This document shows positions 52,098-64,000 of a DNA stretch of 64,000 bases, piece by piece. The DNA lies in contig OZ024741.1 in the NCBI GenBank assembly GCA_964016885.1, forward strand, positions 172,050,001-172,114,000. Reading direction: 5' to 3'. Within the stretch, counting starts at the first letter, position 1. Each line of letters begins with the position of its first letter. Source of the stretch: Eledone cirrhosa (Eukaryota). The position numbers and the translations under genes are program-made. The notes beneath the pieces were generated by a model that saw only the letters and a program-made list of their open reading frames with translations, was not told where the DNA came from and searched no databases.

Positions 52098-52435
52098 CTG
52101 TATGTGTGTTTGTATAGGTTTCCCTGTGTGTGTACGGTTGTATATGTGGTTGTTTGTATTGAATATAGTTTAATGCATATTTACAAAGTAATATAAGAGT
52201 CCCCGCGGCAAATATGCCGAGGGTCTAAATCACAACCGGATTCTACGGCTAATATATACGTCGATATCGAATGTAACATGGATAGATAATTCAATTAATG
52301 TGAATATATTGTTGGAAAATACGATCTTACTTTTATTTTCTCTAATGTGGTCTCTGCTTTCGACTACTTTTGTTTGTAAAACACAGGCACATGCACACAA
52401 GTACAGACGTAAACACACACAAACACACACACACG

Positions 52436-52473
<38 letters not shown>

Positions 52474-52488
52474 CACACACATATATAA

Positions 52489-52549
<61 letters not shown>

Positions 52550-52793
52550 TAAATACATGCACACACACACACATAACCATCTATCTATTTGTCCATTCAC
52601 AAACACGCATATATACATACATATATACATACATATATATACGTGTGTGTGTGTGTGTGTGTGTGTATAAAACTTCATAAGTCAAAAATCTACGTAAATG
52701 CATTATCTAGTAATTTTCTTTATCTGGTTAACTCTGTCTATCATTTTGAACTTCTATTCTTCCCCTTAACCCTCTCCCCACCTCTCTCTCTCT

Positions 52794-52896
<103 letters not shown>

Positions 52897-52982
52897 TGTT
52901 TGTGTGTCTGTGTATCCGGTATTTGCATTGCTTTATTGTGCTACAATAAAACTCACCTCCTACATTATATATATATATATAT

Positions 52983-54034
52983 ATATTAGAAAGATCGAGT
53001 ATCGAAAAATCGGCGCACGAGTTCACGATAAACAATATTCGAAATGAGCGGCAGAGGGCTCAATAATTCAATTGAATCAGAGCTATAACTATCGTTAAAA
53101 TACCGTCACACATAGAACAAGTCTACAATCAACCATACGATAAAAAATCGATAATAGAAGATTCGGGACAAACAGATAAAAAATATCAATAAAACAATAC
53201 ATCAATAATTTAAATGAATGTAAAATCATACCCGGACCCACTAGAAAGGTGTTAAATCTAGCTTCTTGGGTTTCTGTAAATCCTCAGACTGTACTCTATC
53301 AGCTCACATATAAATATAAAAGCCTACTAGAGCAAGAGGAATGGAGTTTACTTCATCAACGAGCTTTTTTCCTAGCGGACAAGGGGTTAACCACCAGTGA
53401 AAAACGCACATGGCATTAGACAAGGGAGATAACCCCTACATCCGCGAAAACTATTCGAGGAAATGTGGAAATACACATATCGAATAAGAGTGCTCAATAG
53501 ACATGTTAAAATAAAACAAAAGCTATTCATCACTCAATAGAATCGACAAAAAATGAGCAACAAAATTAACCGGTGGATAGCTATGTCCAGAGCTAAAAAT
53601 ATTAGAAAGATCGAGTATCGAAAAATCGGCGCACGAGTTCACGATAAACAATATTCGAAATGAGCGGCAGAGGGCTCAATAATTCAATTGAATCAGAGCT
53701 ATAACTATCGTTAAAATACCGTCACACATAGAACAAGTCTACAATCAACCATACGATAAAAAATCGATAATAGAAGATTCGGGACAAACAGATAAAAAAT
53801 ATCAATAAAACAATACATCAATAATTTAAATGAATGTAAAATCATACCCGGACCCACTAGAAAGGTGTTAAATCTAGCTTCTTGGGTTTCTGTAAATCCT
53901 TAGACTGTACTCTATCAGCTCACATATAAATATAAAAGCCTACTAGAGCAAGAGGAATGGAGTTTACTTCATCAACGAGCTTTTTTCCTAGCGGACAAGG
54001 GGTTAACCACCAGTGAAAAACGCACATGGCATTA
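52983..54034 (-). mobile_element. ORF-less partial tandem (period 616 bp; ~435-bp direct repeats), retrozyme- or PLE-derived candidate
   Basis: 52983-53418 matches 53599-54034 almost exactly; (TA)n flanks; HHR-like motif and GCTC..GAGCCC tail on the minus strand. Confidence 0.75.
53228..53294 (-). ncRNA. Hammerhead-like motif with minimal helix II and long helix III (second copy 53844-53910, core mutated)
   Basis: Reverse complement reads CTGAGGA-TTTACA-GAAAC CCA..CTAGA/TCTAG..TGG GTC^; helix I is weak. Confidence 0.5.
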
Positions 54035-54169
54035 TATATATATATATATATACATAGGAGGTGAGTTTTATTGTAGCACAATAAAGCAATGCAAATGTCG
54101 GATAAGTAGCACTCAACAGTGCTGGAGTATAAATAATATAAAATAATATAGCTTCATATCATGTCTCCC

Positions 54170-54240
54170 TATTTTATCTGATGAGAACGCAAATATCATC
54201 CCGTGATCATATTTGTTTTTGAAATGCGCATAATAAAATA
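54170..54240 (+). ncRNA. Type I hammerhead ribozyme
   Basis: TATTTTAT-CTGATGA-GAA C GCAAATAT..ATATTTGT T TTT-GAAAT-GCGC-ATA^-ATAAAATA. Confidence 0.85.
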
Positions 54241-54270
54241 CATGGAACTCTTTTAACCATCTTTTGATTT

Positions 54271-54384
<114 letters not shown>

Positions 54385-55295
54385 CGGAAAAGATTAAATT
54401 TCATTTCTCACTAATAGTACGGCTGATACTTAAATATAAGTATGTATACGTACATACATATATGTATACAGACGTACAGTAGTATGTATATACATACATA
54501 CATGCACACATATATATATATGTACCTATGGATTTACCGAACATTTATTATAATGCTCGGTTTGTTTGTAAACAAACAGCCCGAATTAAGCCGTACAGTG
54601 TTAGGCAACCATCGTTGCCCTTTTGTTCAACATTAACTGAGGAACGATGAACTAGTTTCTAGCTTATTAGTTGTCATCAGCACCGTATACCTTCCTGTCA
54701 GTCGATTGAACGTTTGAATGTATATACTTTCCTTTTGCATATTAACGGCTGAGCAGCCTAATTTGCATATCGAGTGAGTTAGTCGGCCGGGTGTACCGGA
54801 AACGATAAATGGAAAAAATGAAATTTCATTTCTCACTCTTAGTATGGCTGATACTTAAATGTAAGTATGTATGCGTACATACATATATGTATACAGACAT
54901 ACACATACATACATGCACACACATATATATGTACGTATGGGTTTACTGAACATTTATTATAATGCTCGGTTTGTTTCCATTTATCGTTTTCGGTACACCC
55001 GGCCGACTAACTCACTCGATATGCAAATTAGGCTATTCAGCCATTAATATGCATAAGGAAAGTATATACTTTCACACGTTCAATCAACTGACAGGAAGGT
55101 ATACTGTGCTGATGAGGGCTAATAAGCTAGAAACTAGTTCATCGTTCCTTAGATCAAAAGGGCAAACAAACCGGGCATTATAATAAATGTTCGGTAAACC
55201 CATACGTACATATATATATATATATATATATGTGTGGGCATGCATACTAGTGTTCGTCTGTATACATATATATATATGTACGTATACATACTTAT
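54385..55295. mobile_element. Complex direct/inverted pLTR-like arrangement carrying two HHRs
   Basis: 54385-54567 is a direct repeat of 54810-54976; 54615-54812 is an inverted copy of 54976-55165; 55163-55295 is an inverted copy of 54860-54976. Confidence 0.75.
54644..54686 (-). ncRNA. Minimal type I hammerhead (sister copy at 55103-55145, plus strand)
   Basis: Reverse complement reads ACGGTG-CTGATGA-CAACT AATA AGCTA-GAAAC-TA-GTT^-CATCGT; palindromic helix III AACTAGTT. Confidence 0.75.
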
Positions 55296-55327
55296 ATATA
55301 TATATATATTAGTATATGAATATAAAT

Positions 55328-55401
<74 letters not shown>

Positions 55402-55490
55402 ATTAAAATACTGGAGCGTGTTGGAGTTAAACACCCTCTTCGTATTATATATGCTTGTATTGGCCGATAGTGCTTCTTGTAGTTTTAATT

Positions 55491-55528
55491 GCCCTGATGA
55501 GTCCTTAATAGGACGAAACATTGTTGGC
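55491..55528 (+). ncRNA. Minimal type I hammerhead in a ~180-bp insert between (TA)n
   Basis: GCC-CTGATGA-GTCC TTAATA GGAC-GAAAC-ATT-GTT^-GGC. Confidence 0.85.
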
Positions 55529-55573
55529 TAATAAAGACTTTTGATGTATTGAAGGCTTCTTTGTTTTATTTTC

Positions 55574-55613
<40 letters not shown>

Positions 55614-55828
55614 TTGGGGAGGGTCATATTTTTTTAATAATATTGCCAGAAATAATAATAGAACACACGCACTGTTTGGTTCTCAAAAGAAATATATATA
55701 TATACATTCGTGCATCCACACATAAATACATGTTATAATGCATGTATGAATGTATGTATGTATCTATGTATGTATCTATGTATATGTATGTGTATGTATT
55801 ATTATATATAATATATATAATAATATAC

Positions 55829-56020
55829 CGGCGGTGGATTGGCGGTATCGGTAGAGGGTCCGACGCCATGCTTTCCAGCATAGTTACGTCCCTTTACGAT
55901 CTGAGTTCAAATCCCGCCGAGGTTGACTTTGCCTTTCATCCTTACGGGGTCGATAAAATAAAGTACCAGTAATACCCTGGGTAATTGCTGGCCTTGTGCC
56001 TAAAGTAGAAACAATTATTA
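55829..56020 (+). mobile_element. tRNA-derived SINE
   Basis: Full unit with A and B boxes and an (ATT) tail. Confidence 0.9.
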
Positions 56021-56033
56021 TATATAATGTATG

Positions 56034-56064
<31 letters not shown>

Positions 56065-56156
56065 GTATGTATGTATATAAATAATATATGTATGTATATA
56101 TATATAATATATGTATGTATATATATATGTATGTATACATATAGTATACATAGTAT

Positions 56157-56772
56157 GTCGGGTCACTCTTGAGTGCTATTGGTAACATGTAACCCTGTAC
56201 AACCTGTCGCATGGTCGGGTCGTCGGCGACTAAACTGGCAACACCACAAAGTTTACTTGGTGAGGAGGGTGATTTTGGACACCCTGCAGGACAAAGAACA
56301 AAACCTGACAAAGGGCGGAAGATCTCATAAGAGTCAACGGCCATCCAAAAGTTTGTAAATATGTACATACACATGTACATATGTATGTATATGTATATGT
56401 GTATATACATGGGTGAATGTGTATGGACATAGAAATAATCGGGCTGGACACCCGATCGCGCGGTTAAACCACTGGGAGTGAAGGACCCCTAGCCTTAGTC
56501 AGGGCATTCATCTAGGAGAAGGCAACTCAGGAAACTGGGATAACTCCGATATAAAACCTGTGGCTCAGTAGTTACCGATAATGTTGATCTCTTCTTCTTT
56601 TCGGGTTATAGTTACTGTCACTCAGAGAGTGGGATTGGCTCAGTGCACAGTCTTTCCTCACTTTAAAAAAAATATCTTCATTCACAGACATTGCACAATA
56701 AAATGAATTAATAATTATTAATAATGGTATATCGTACAATGGCCAAACTCGATAACGAGGGAGCAGCCATCA
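56157..56772 (+). mobile_element. ORF-less RTE-derived bipartite element, subfamily A
   Basis: Colinear with 22723-23290. Confidence 0.75.
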
Positions 56773-56940
56773 TGTATACATATATAATATATGTATGTAT
56801 ATATATATGTATGTATATATAATATATGCATGTATATATATATATAATATATGTATATATATATATAATATATGTATGTATATATCATCATCGTCTAACG
56901 TCCATCTTCCACGCTTACATGGGTATGTAATATATGTATG

Positions 56941-56975
<35 letters not shown>

Positions 56976-57251
56976 ATATATAATATATGTATATGTATAT
57001 AATATATGTATGTATATATATATATATATATAATATATATATGTATATATATATGATATATGTAATATATATATGTATATATATATAATTTATGTATGTA
57101 TATATATATATTATGTATATATATATATATATATATATAATATATGTATGTATATATACATATATATATAATATATGCATATATATATATAATATATGTA
57201 TGTATATATATATATATAATATATGTATGTATGTATATATATATAATATAT

Positions 57252-57860
57252 GTCAGGTCACCAGTTGGTGCTACTGGTAACATGTATCCCAGTACAACCT
57301 GTCTCATGGTCGGGTCGTTGGCGACTAAACTGGCAACCCCACCAAGGTTTCTTGGTGAGGAGGGTGACTTTGGACATCCTGCAGGACTAAAAACAAAACC
57401 TGTCAAAGGGCAAGGAAGCTCTTAAGACTCAATAGCCATCCAAAATCACCGGGAGAGATGACCCCCTTAGCCTTTGTCAAGGCAGAATTCTAGGAGAAGG
57501 AAAACTCTGATATAACACCTGCAACCCTGATGGTATCCAATGATGTTGACTTGTTCTTCTTTTTGGTAAATATCATCTTGGTTAAGAGAGTGGGACTGGC
57601 TTTGTGCAGTGCCTTTGCACACTATAAAAGCTTCACAGCACAGGCATTGCTTTATATCTGGAGATCTCTCTGCACTTGTCATCACATGGTACCATGGGCC
57701 CTGCACTATGTGTCAATAATGGTCACAAGTGTAGTCTTTGTACCAGAGTTTTCAAGTCGCTGGCTGGACTAAAAAGTCACATTCGTTCAGCGCATCGGTA
57801 GGGGTTCTCCTACATGGATATAAAGTAGTGGCCATACTCGAAAACGAGTTGGCAGCCACC
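57252..57860 (+). mobile_element. ORF-less RTE-derived bipartite element, subfamily B
   Basis: CTAGGAGAAGGAAAACTCTGA 5'-UTR-like motif joined to a Zn-finger remnant and ACTCGAAAACGAGT..GCAGCC 3' end. Confidence 0.75.
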
Positions 57861-57874
57861 ATAATATATGTATG

Positions 57875-57909
<35 letters not shown>

Positions 57910-57917
57910 GTATGTAT

Positions 57918-57969
<52 letters not shown>

Positions 57970-58072
57970 GTATATATATGTATGTATATATATATGTATA
58001 TGTATATATGTATGTATATGTATGTATGTGTATATATATATATGTATGTTTGTATATATATATATATGTATG

Positions 58073-58111
<39 letters not shown>

Positions 58112-58113
<2 letters not shown>

Positions 58114-58244
58114 GTTATTCCGGGTTGAATCGGAGGTAACCACAGTAAGTAAGGTACTCAATACATAGCAGAGTATAACAGTTTTAATATAGATGAGATT
58201 CTACAGGACTAGAACTGTTTCATTCATTAGAAATCATCAGGAAT
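58112..58244 (-). mobile_element. pLTR fragment with HHR (59452 family)
   Basis: Reverse complement of 59455-59588. Confidence 0.85.
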
Positions 58245-58469
58245 ATATATATATATGTATGCATGTATATATATATATATATGTATGTATATATATATAT
58301 ATATGTATGTATATATATCTATGTATATATATATATATATATGCATGTATATATATATATATGTATGTATATATATATATATGTATGTATATATATATAT
58401 GTATGTATATATATATATGTATGTATGTATATAATGTATGTATGTATGTATATATATATATGTATATAT

Positions 58470-59075
58470 GTCAGTTCACCAGTTGGTGCTACTGGTAACA
58501 TGTATTCCAGTACAACCTGTCCCATGGTCGGGTCGTTGGCGACTAAACTGGCAACCCCAACAAGGTTTCTTGGTGAGGAGGGTGACTTTGGACATCCTGC
58601 AGGATTAAAAACAAAACCTGTCAAAGGGCAAAGGAGCTCTTAAGAGTCAATGGCCATCCAAAATCACCGGGAGAGATGACCCCTTAGCCTTTGTCAAGGC
58701 AGAATTCTAGGAGAAGGAAAACTCTGATATAACACCTGCAACTCTGATGGTATCCAATGATGTTGACTTGTTCTTCTTTTTGGTAAATATCATCTTGGTT
58801 AAGAGAGTGGGACTGGCTTTGTGCAGTGCCTTTGCTCACTATAAAAGCTTCACGGCACAGGCATTGCTTTATATCTGGAGATCTCTCTGCACTTGTCGTC
58901 ACATGGTACCATGGGCCTAGCACTATGTGTCAATAATTGTCACAAATGTATTGTTTGTATCAGAGTTTTCAAGTCGCTGGCTGGACTAAAGTCACATTCG
59001 TTCAGCGCATCGGTAGGAGTTCTCCTACATGGATATAAATTAGTGGCCATACTCGAAAACGAGTTGGCAGCCACC
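58470..59075 (+). mobile_element. RTE-derived bipartite element, subfamily B
   Basis: Near-identical to 57252-57860. Confidence 0.8.
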
Positions 59076-59158
59076 ATATGTATGTATATATATGTATGTA
59101 TGTATATATATATATGTATATATATATATATGTGTATGCATATATATATATATATATA

Positions 59159-59322
59159 TATTTATTAAAATAACAGATTAAAGTTTAAGCAAAGCAGCGA
59201 TTCTTTGCTTAAACTTTAATCTGTTATTTTAATAAATATCTGCTCTACGGTTCTTATATATTTGATATATATTTATTCTTATCGAGCCCTCTTTGGATTT
59301 TAGTCTTCAAATTTATTATTAT

Positions 59323-59326
<4 letters not shown>
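59159..59326 (+). mobile_element. Very short fold-back pLTR insert (5270 family)
   Basis: 59159-59194 is an inverted copy of 59204-59239, followed by the tail. Confidence 0.85.
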
Positions 59327-59369
<43 letters not shown>

Positions 59370-59373
<4 letters not shown>

Positions 59374-59588
59374 TGAGATTCTACAGGACTAGAACTGTTT
59401 CATTCATTTGAAATCATCAGGAATCTCCTGAAATCATCAGGAATCTCTGAGGAGATTCCTGATGATTTCAAATGAATGAAACAGTTCTAGTCCTGTAGAA
59501 TCTCATCTATATTAAAACTGTTATACTCTGCTATGTATTGAGTACCTTACTTACTGTGGTTACCTCCGATTCAACCCGGAATAACGTA
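59370..59588 (+). mobile_element. Fold-back mini-insert with an HHR on both arms
   Basis: 59370-59428 is an inverted copy of 59451-59510; ~19-bp junction duplication; tail; (TA)n flanks. Confidence 0.9.
59452..59504 (+). ncRNA. Type I hammerhead ribozyme with stable helix III
   Basis: GAGATTC-CTGATGA-T TTC AAAT GAA T-GAAACAG-TTCTAGTC-CTGTA^-GAATCTC. Confidence 0.88.
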
Positions 59589-59611
59589 CATATATATATA
59601 TATATATATAT

Positions 59612-59932
59612 CTAAGGCGGGTAAAATTCCCGAGATCCATGGACGAGTTCTCTCCAGCGGTCTCTGTCCCTCATTATCGCTGCCATATCCTGCATCTCCA
59701 ACAGACCAGTGTCTGTGCTTAGGGCATCAACATATGTTAACCTTGGTCTTCCTCTTCTAGTGTGTCCATGTAGGGGCTCCCAAAGGAGCACTGAGTGCAA
59801 TGTCAACTCTGGATGTCGGTGAGCATGTCCAGCCAACCTCAGTCTCCTCTGTGTCACTTTTGAGGTGACTTTTGGGATGCTCCCATACAGCTCTGAGTTT
59901 TTCATCTTCAGTGTATACTGATTAATGTTCAG
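59612..59932 (-). mobile_element. RTE/RTEX-like LINE 3' fragment in (TA)n
   Basis: NSELYG..RRLRLAGHAHRH..LLWEP..RRGRPRLTYVD..DTG. Confidence 0.85.
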
Positions 59933-60130
59933 TATATATATATATATATATATGTATGTCTATTTATATATGTATGTATGTATGTATATGTATATATGTA
60001 TATATATATTTGTATCTATATATATGTATGTATGTGTATATATATATATATGCATGTATGTATATATATATATGTATGTATTGAAAGGATAACAAGGACG
60101 ATTGATTATTCCTTCATTGCATTTATTGAT

Positions 60131-60217
60131 AGGTGACGCGCGTTTCGCCACTGATCAGCTCAAGGTTCGATCTATATCGAACCTACCCGACTCAATAATC
60201 GACAGCTCGACGGACCC
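60131..60217 (-). ncRNA. Degenerate hammerhead-like motif
   Basis: Reverse complement reads GGGT-CCGTCGA-GC...GC-GAAAC-GCGC-GTC^-ACCT with an internal AGGTTCGAT/ATCGAACCT hairpin; the 5' core is non-canonical. Confidence 0.4.
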
Positions 60218-61272
60218 TCTTAAAATGCTATGTATGAGAAATGAAATAAATGCTAAGTGGTAAAGTCTGAAGTTCAAGAGTTTGACAAAATGAGTTGTTT
60301 TGATTGGTGGGAAGGATCAAGGGCATGTACTGGCCTGTAGTGTATATGGGGGTGGGTGTGATGATGAGATGTTGGTGACGGTCGGTGGATGAAATGGGCT
60401 GTGGTGTGGTGGTGGTGGTGGGTTGGCCTTGGCGTGTGGAGTATGTGGGGGTGGATGTGATGATATGGTGGTGGTTATGGTTGCTTAGTGGGATGGGCTG
60501 TTGTATGAGGTTAGTGGTTTGTCAGTAGACGGGTTGGCGCTTGTGTGTGAGGGTGTGGTAGTGGTGCCGTTGTCTATGGTAGCGGCGTTTGTGGTGGTGT
60601 GGTGGATGTATTGGTGGTGTCATTTCCTTACATAGATACATAGCTAGACGCTCTTCGTCTGACAGATACTTTGTATATACGTATACGCACACATATATAT
60701 GAATATAAGTGCACATATATTGTTGTATAAACACACACAACACAAAACACATACGCACATCCTTGGCCACACATATCGACACACGCTCATACACAGCCAT
60801 ATGTATATGTACACACATGTATGTACATGCGCGCATGCGGGCACGAATATGGAGAGTGGGGGAGTATCGGGGGGGGGGGGGGCAGAGATGGGGGGAAGGT
60901 GAGAGGCAATGTAGAGGGTGTTATACATATATACATACACATACATATGCTCATACACACATATGGATGTGGGCACATGGACTCACACTCACGTATACAA
61001 AATATACACATACACACTCACACACGTATACTCACATATATATATATATATATATAGACACACATGTACAGACAACACACACACACACGCACATACACAC
61101 ATACATGCACTCATATGAGCTCACCTACACATACAGTCAGATTCACCCATATACATATATGTAGACGTACACATACACACACATACATACACATACATAT
61201 ACACACACACATACACGTACGTATACACACACGCATATATATATATAAATGTATGTTTATATATATAAATAC

Positions 61273-61307
<35 letters not shown>

Positions 61308-61347
61308 GTATTAAGGATACTATTTATGGTTATGTATGTAATAAAAC

Positions 61348-63235
61348 TATTGTTATACTTTGGGAGGGTCATGTTGCCAATAAGAAACACACGCACCAGT
61401 TGCTTTCACTTCAATTTATTATATATTTATAAATTCATAAATTTACAAATCTACAAACTTATAAATTATAAATTTCTGGTTGGTTGGTTGGTTCCACAAC
61501 CAGATAGTTGTTTATATATATAGTCATAGTCCTTTCGTCACACACTCTGTGACCTCTTCAGTGACTGGGGATTCCTTTCTTCGTTTCTGTGCCTTTTCTT
61601 TCTTCTATCCTACGCCATTTTGTTTCTGTGTGTGTGTTGTGTGCTCAGTTTGCGCATGTGCCACATCCGGGTGTCTGTGTGTGTTTGTGTTCATTTTTCT
61701 ATTTGTTTATTTATTTATTGTTGGTTGGTTGTTTGTTCTATGTGTGTGTGTGTTTTCATTTTGTCCTGTGTGTGTTTTCATTTTGTGTGTGTTTTCAATT
61801 GTAAGTTGTTTGTTCTATGTGTGTGTGTGTTTTCATTTTGTCCTTAATTGTAAGTTGTGATGTTGCTGTTCTACTCATATTTTCTATTTAATTTTGGTTT
61901 TAATTCTTTTATGCTTACTGCCTCTGTAATTTGCCTAAACATTGCGTCTTTTCTGTGCGTGGATTCTATTTTTATTTCTATGCTCTCTAATCTACCCCTG
62001 TGTTCTATCTTAGCATGTTGGTAGAGCACAGATGATTCTTTATTATCTTGGAGGTCTCGCCAGTGTTCATTTATTCGTTCCCCTATACTACGAGCTGTCT
62101 CACCTATGTACACTATATTTTTGTTTCTACATTGTCCTTCAGTACATCTTATGCTATACACTACATTTCTAGTTTTACAGTTAATATGGGGGCTTATTTT
62201 ACAGGTTATACATTTCTTATCTATACATGAGGGTCTTTGGAACGGGTATGTCTTGCTAATAAGTGTTTTTACGGAGGTACCAGGTCTTTCTACTATCTTA
62301 ATATTGAGATTATGTTTATTTAGGGCCTTTCTAAATTTGTAGGCTAGTTCGCCTCTAGGGGTTGTATTGATGAACATTACACTCTGGTATTTATTGCTAT
62401 CATACCATGAGTTTATTCTATTGGCCTTGTTCCTAGTTCTTTCTATTCTATTCCAAAATTTGCTCCTATACAAGGGGCAGGTCCCATTTATGTCATTATT
62501 TACCATTTTTTCCCATTTGGTTCTGGCTCCTTTATACACTCTGATTCTATCTCTCTGATTGTAGCCAGAGAACTGCATACGGTGGATGAAGTGTTGTATG
62601 TGTCTCTCTAGTTCTTCGGGGTTGCACATGCGGGACACATTTCTCATCACCCGTACCAAATCCGCAATCAGTATGTTGATTTTGGTATGGTCCGAAATGG
62701 CCGAGTTTCGGTGGATCAGATGTCTGGAAGTCATGGGTTTGGCATAATGGGAATGGAGGATTTGTTTTTGGTTGTTAATGGTATCTAACCAGAGCTCTGT
62801 GTCTAGTACAGGTAATCGATGGTTGGGGTGTCTACTTGGGTAGTCTATAGTAACTCTAATGCTCTGGTGGATGGAGTTTGCTATTTGCTGGATGCTTTCC
62901 ATTGTGTTTTACTCTAGTTCCTGACTGTTCTTTAGTGGGGGTGTCTTAACTACGATGTTTATATCATCTACGTAGCGGGAGTACATTATCAGGGTTAAGC
63001 TGTCTTCTAATTGTTCATTAAGTTTTTGTTTAAGTCTACTGTCCCACCATACCATGAATAAGTTAGTTATGTCGCCTGCAATGCTAACACCAATGGCTGC
63101 TCCTTCCTCTTGTGCATATGTTTTACCATTAAATTTGAACATATGTTCCTTAAGGGTTAATTTTATGCTGGCCCCTACCGCATGTGCAATCATTTTCTTC
63201 AGTTCATCGTGGTTTTCGGGTGTCCGTATGGCTCT
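61348..63235 (-). mobile_element. 5'-truncated PLE, same family as 32505-35808
   Basis: ORFs 62909-63193 and 61871-62902 (QEEGAAIGV, YSRYVDD, LPVLD, YIGETAR), separated by a single stop; shared 3' UTR. Confidence 0.92.
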
Positions 63236-63404
63236 GAAAGATAGTATTTAATTACTATCTTATTACCAGGAAGATAAATAGCTCAATGTAATAACATCGG
63301 TTGTTAATGATTTAAACTGAACTTTGATTATTGTAATCTCTCTCTCTCTCTATATATATATGTATATATGTATGTATATGTATATATATATATATGTATT
63401 TATG

Positions 63405-63435
<31 letters not shown>

Positions 63436-63820
63436 GTCAAGGCAGAATTCTAGGAGAAGGAAAACTCTGATATAACACCTGCAACCCTGATGATATCCAA
63501 TGATGTTGACTTGTTCGTCTTTTTGGTAAATATCATCTTGGTTAAGAGAGTGGGACTGGCTTTGTGCCATGCCTTTACTCACTATAAAAGCCTCGCGGCA
63601 CAGGCATTGCTTTATACCTGGAGATCTCTCTGCTCTTGTCGTCACATGGTACCATGGGCCTAGCACTATGTGTCAATAATTGTTACAAGTGTAGTGTTTG
63701 TACCAGAGTTTTCAAGTTGCTGGCTGGACTAAAAAGTCACACTCGTTCAGCGCATCGGTAGGGGTTCTCCTACATGGATATAAAGTAGTGGCCGTACTCG
63801 AAAACGAGTTGGCAGCCACC
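63436..63820 (+). mobile_element. 5'-truncated RTE-derived element, subfamily B
   Basis: Matches 57476-57860. Confidence 0.82.
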
Positions 63821-63827
63821 ATATATG

Positions 63828-63892
<65 letters not shown>

Positions 63893-64000
63893 CAGTCTCT
63901 CTCTCTCTGTTAGCCTCTTCCTCACCTTTCACTCACTCACTCTCTGTCACTACCTCTCCTCCTCCCCTTTCTTCCCGTTTGACCTGTCCGTAATCCTTTT

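Overview
AT-rich, microsatellite-dense eukaryotic (animal) DNA that is almost entirely transposon-derived. The SINE and repeat make-up suggests a cephalopod such as Octopus, which is an inference. No host gene can be called with confidence. Content: at least eight truncated or decayed Penelope-like elements (PLEs; RT with or without a C-terminal GIY-YIG) from three distinct RT types, mostly bounded by (TA)n. Also a near full-length Tx1/L1-like LINE inside (ATT)n, fragments of R4/Dong-like, CRE-like and RTE LINEs, ORF-less bipartite RTE derivatives in (TATG)n, tRNA-derived SINEs and one Helitron-like element. The main hidden layer is RNA structure. By hand-folding I find about 20 type I hammerhead ribozyme (HHR) motifs from about 10 families in PLE 3' ends and in tiny ORF-less fold-back inserts. 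Several share a C-C mismatch at helix II position 4. Many are followed by a covarying RCTC...GAGY tail stem, and the 5' inverted arm of the insert ends just upstream of that stem. There is also a 616-bp-period, ORF-less retrozyme-like partial tandem. All folds are manual and untested. Most ORFs in the supplied track are microsatellite artefacts.
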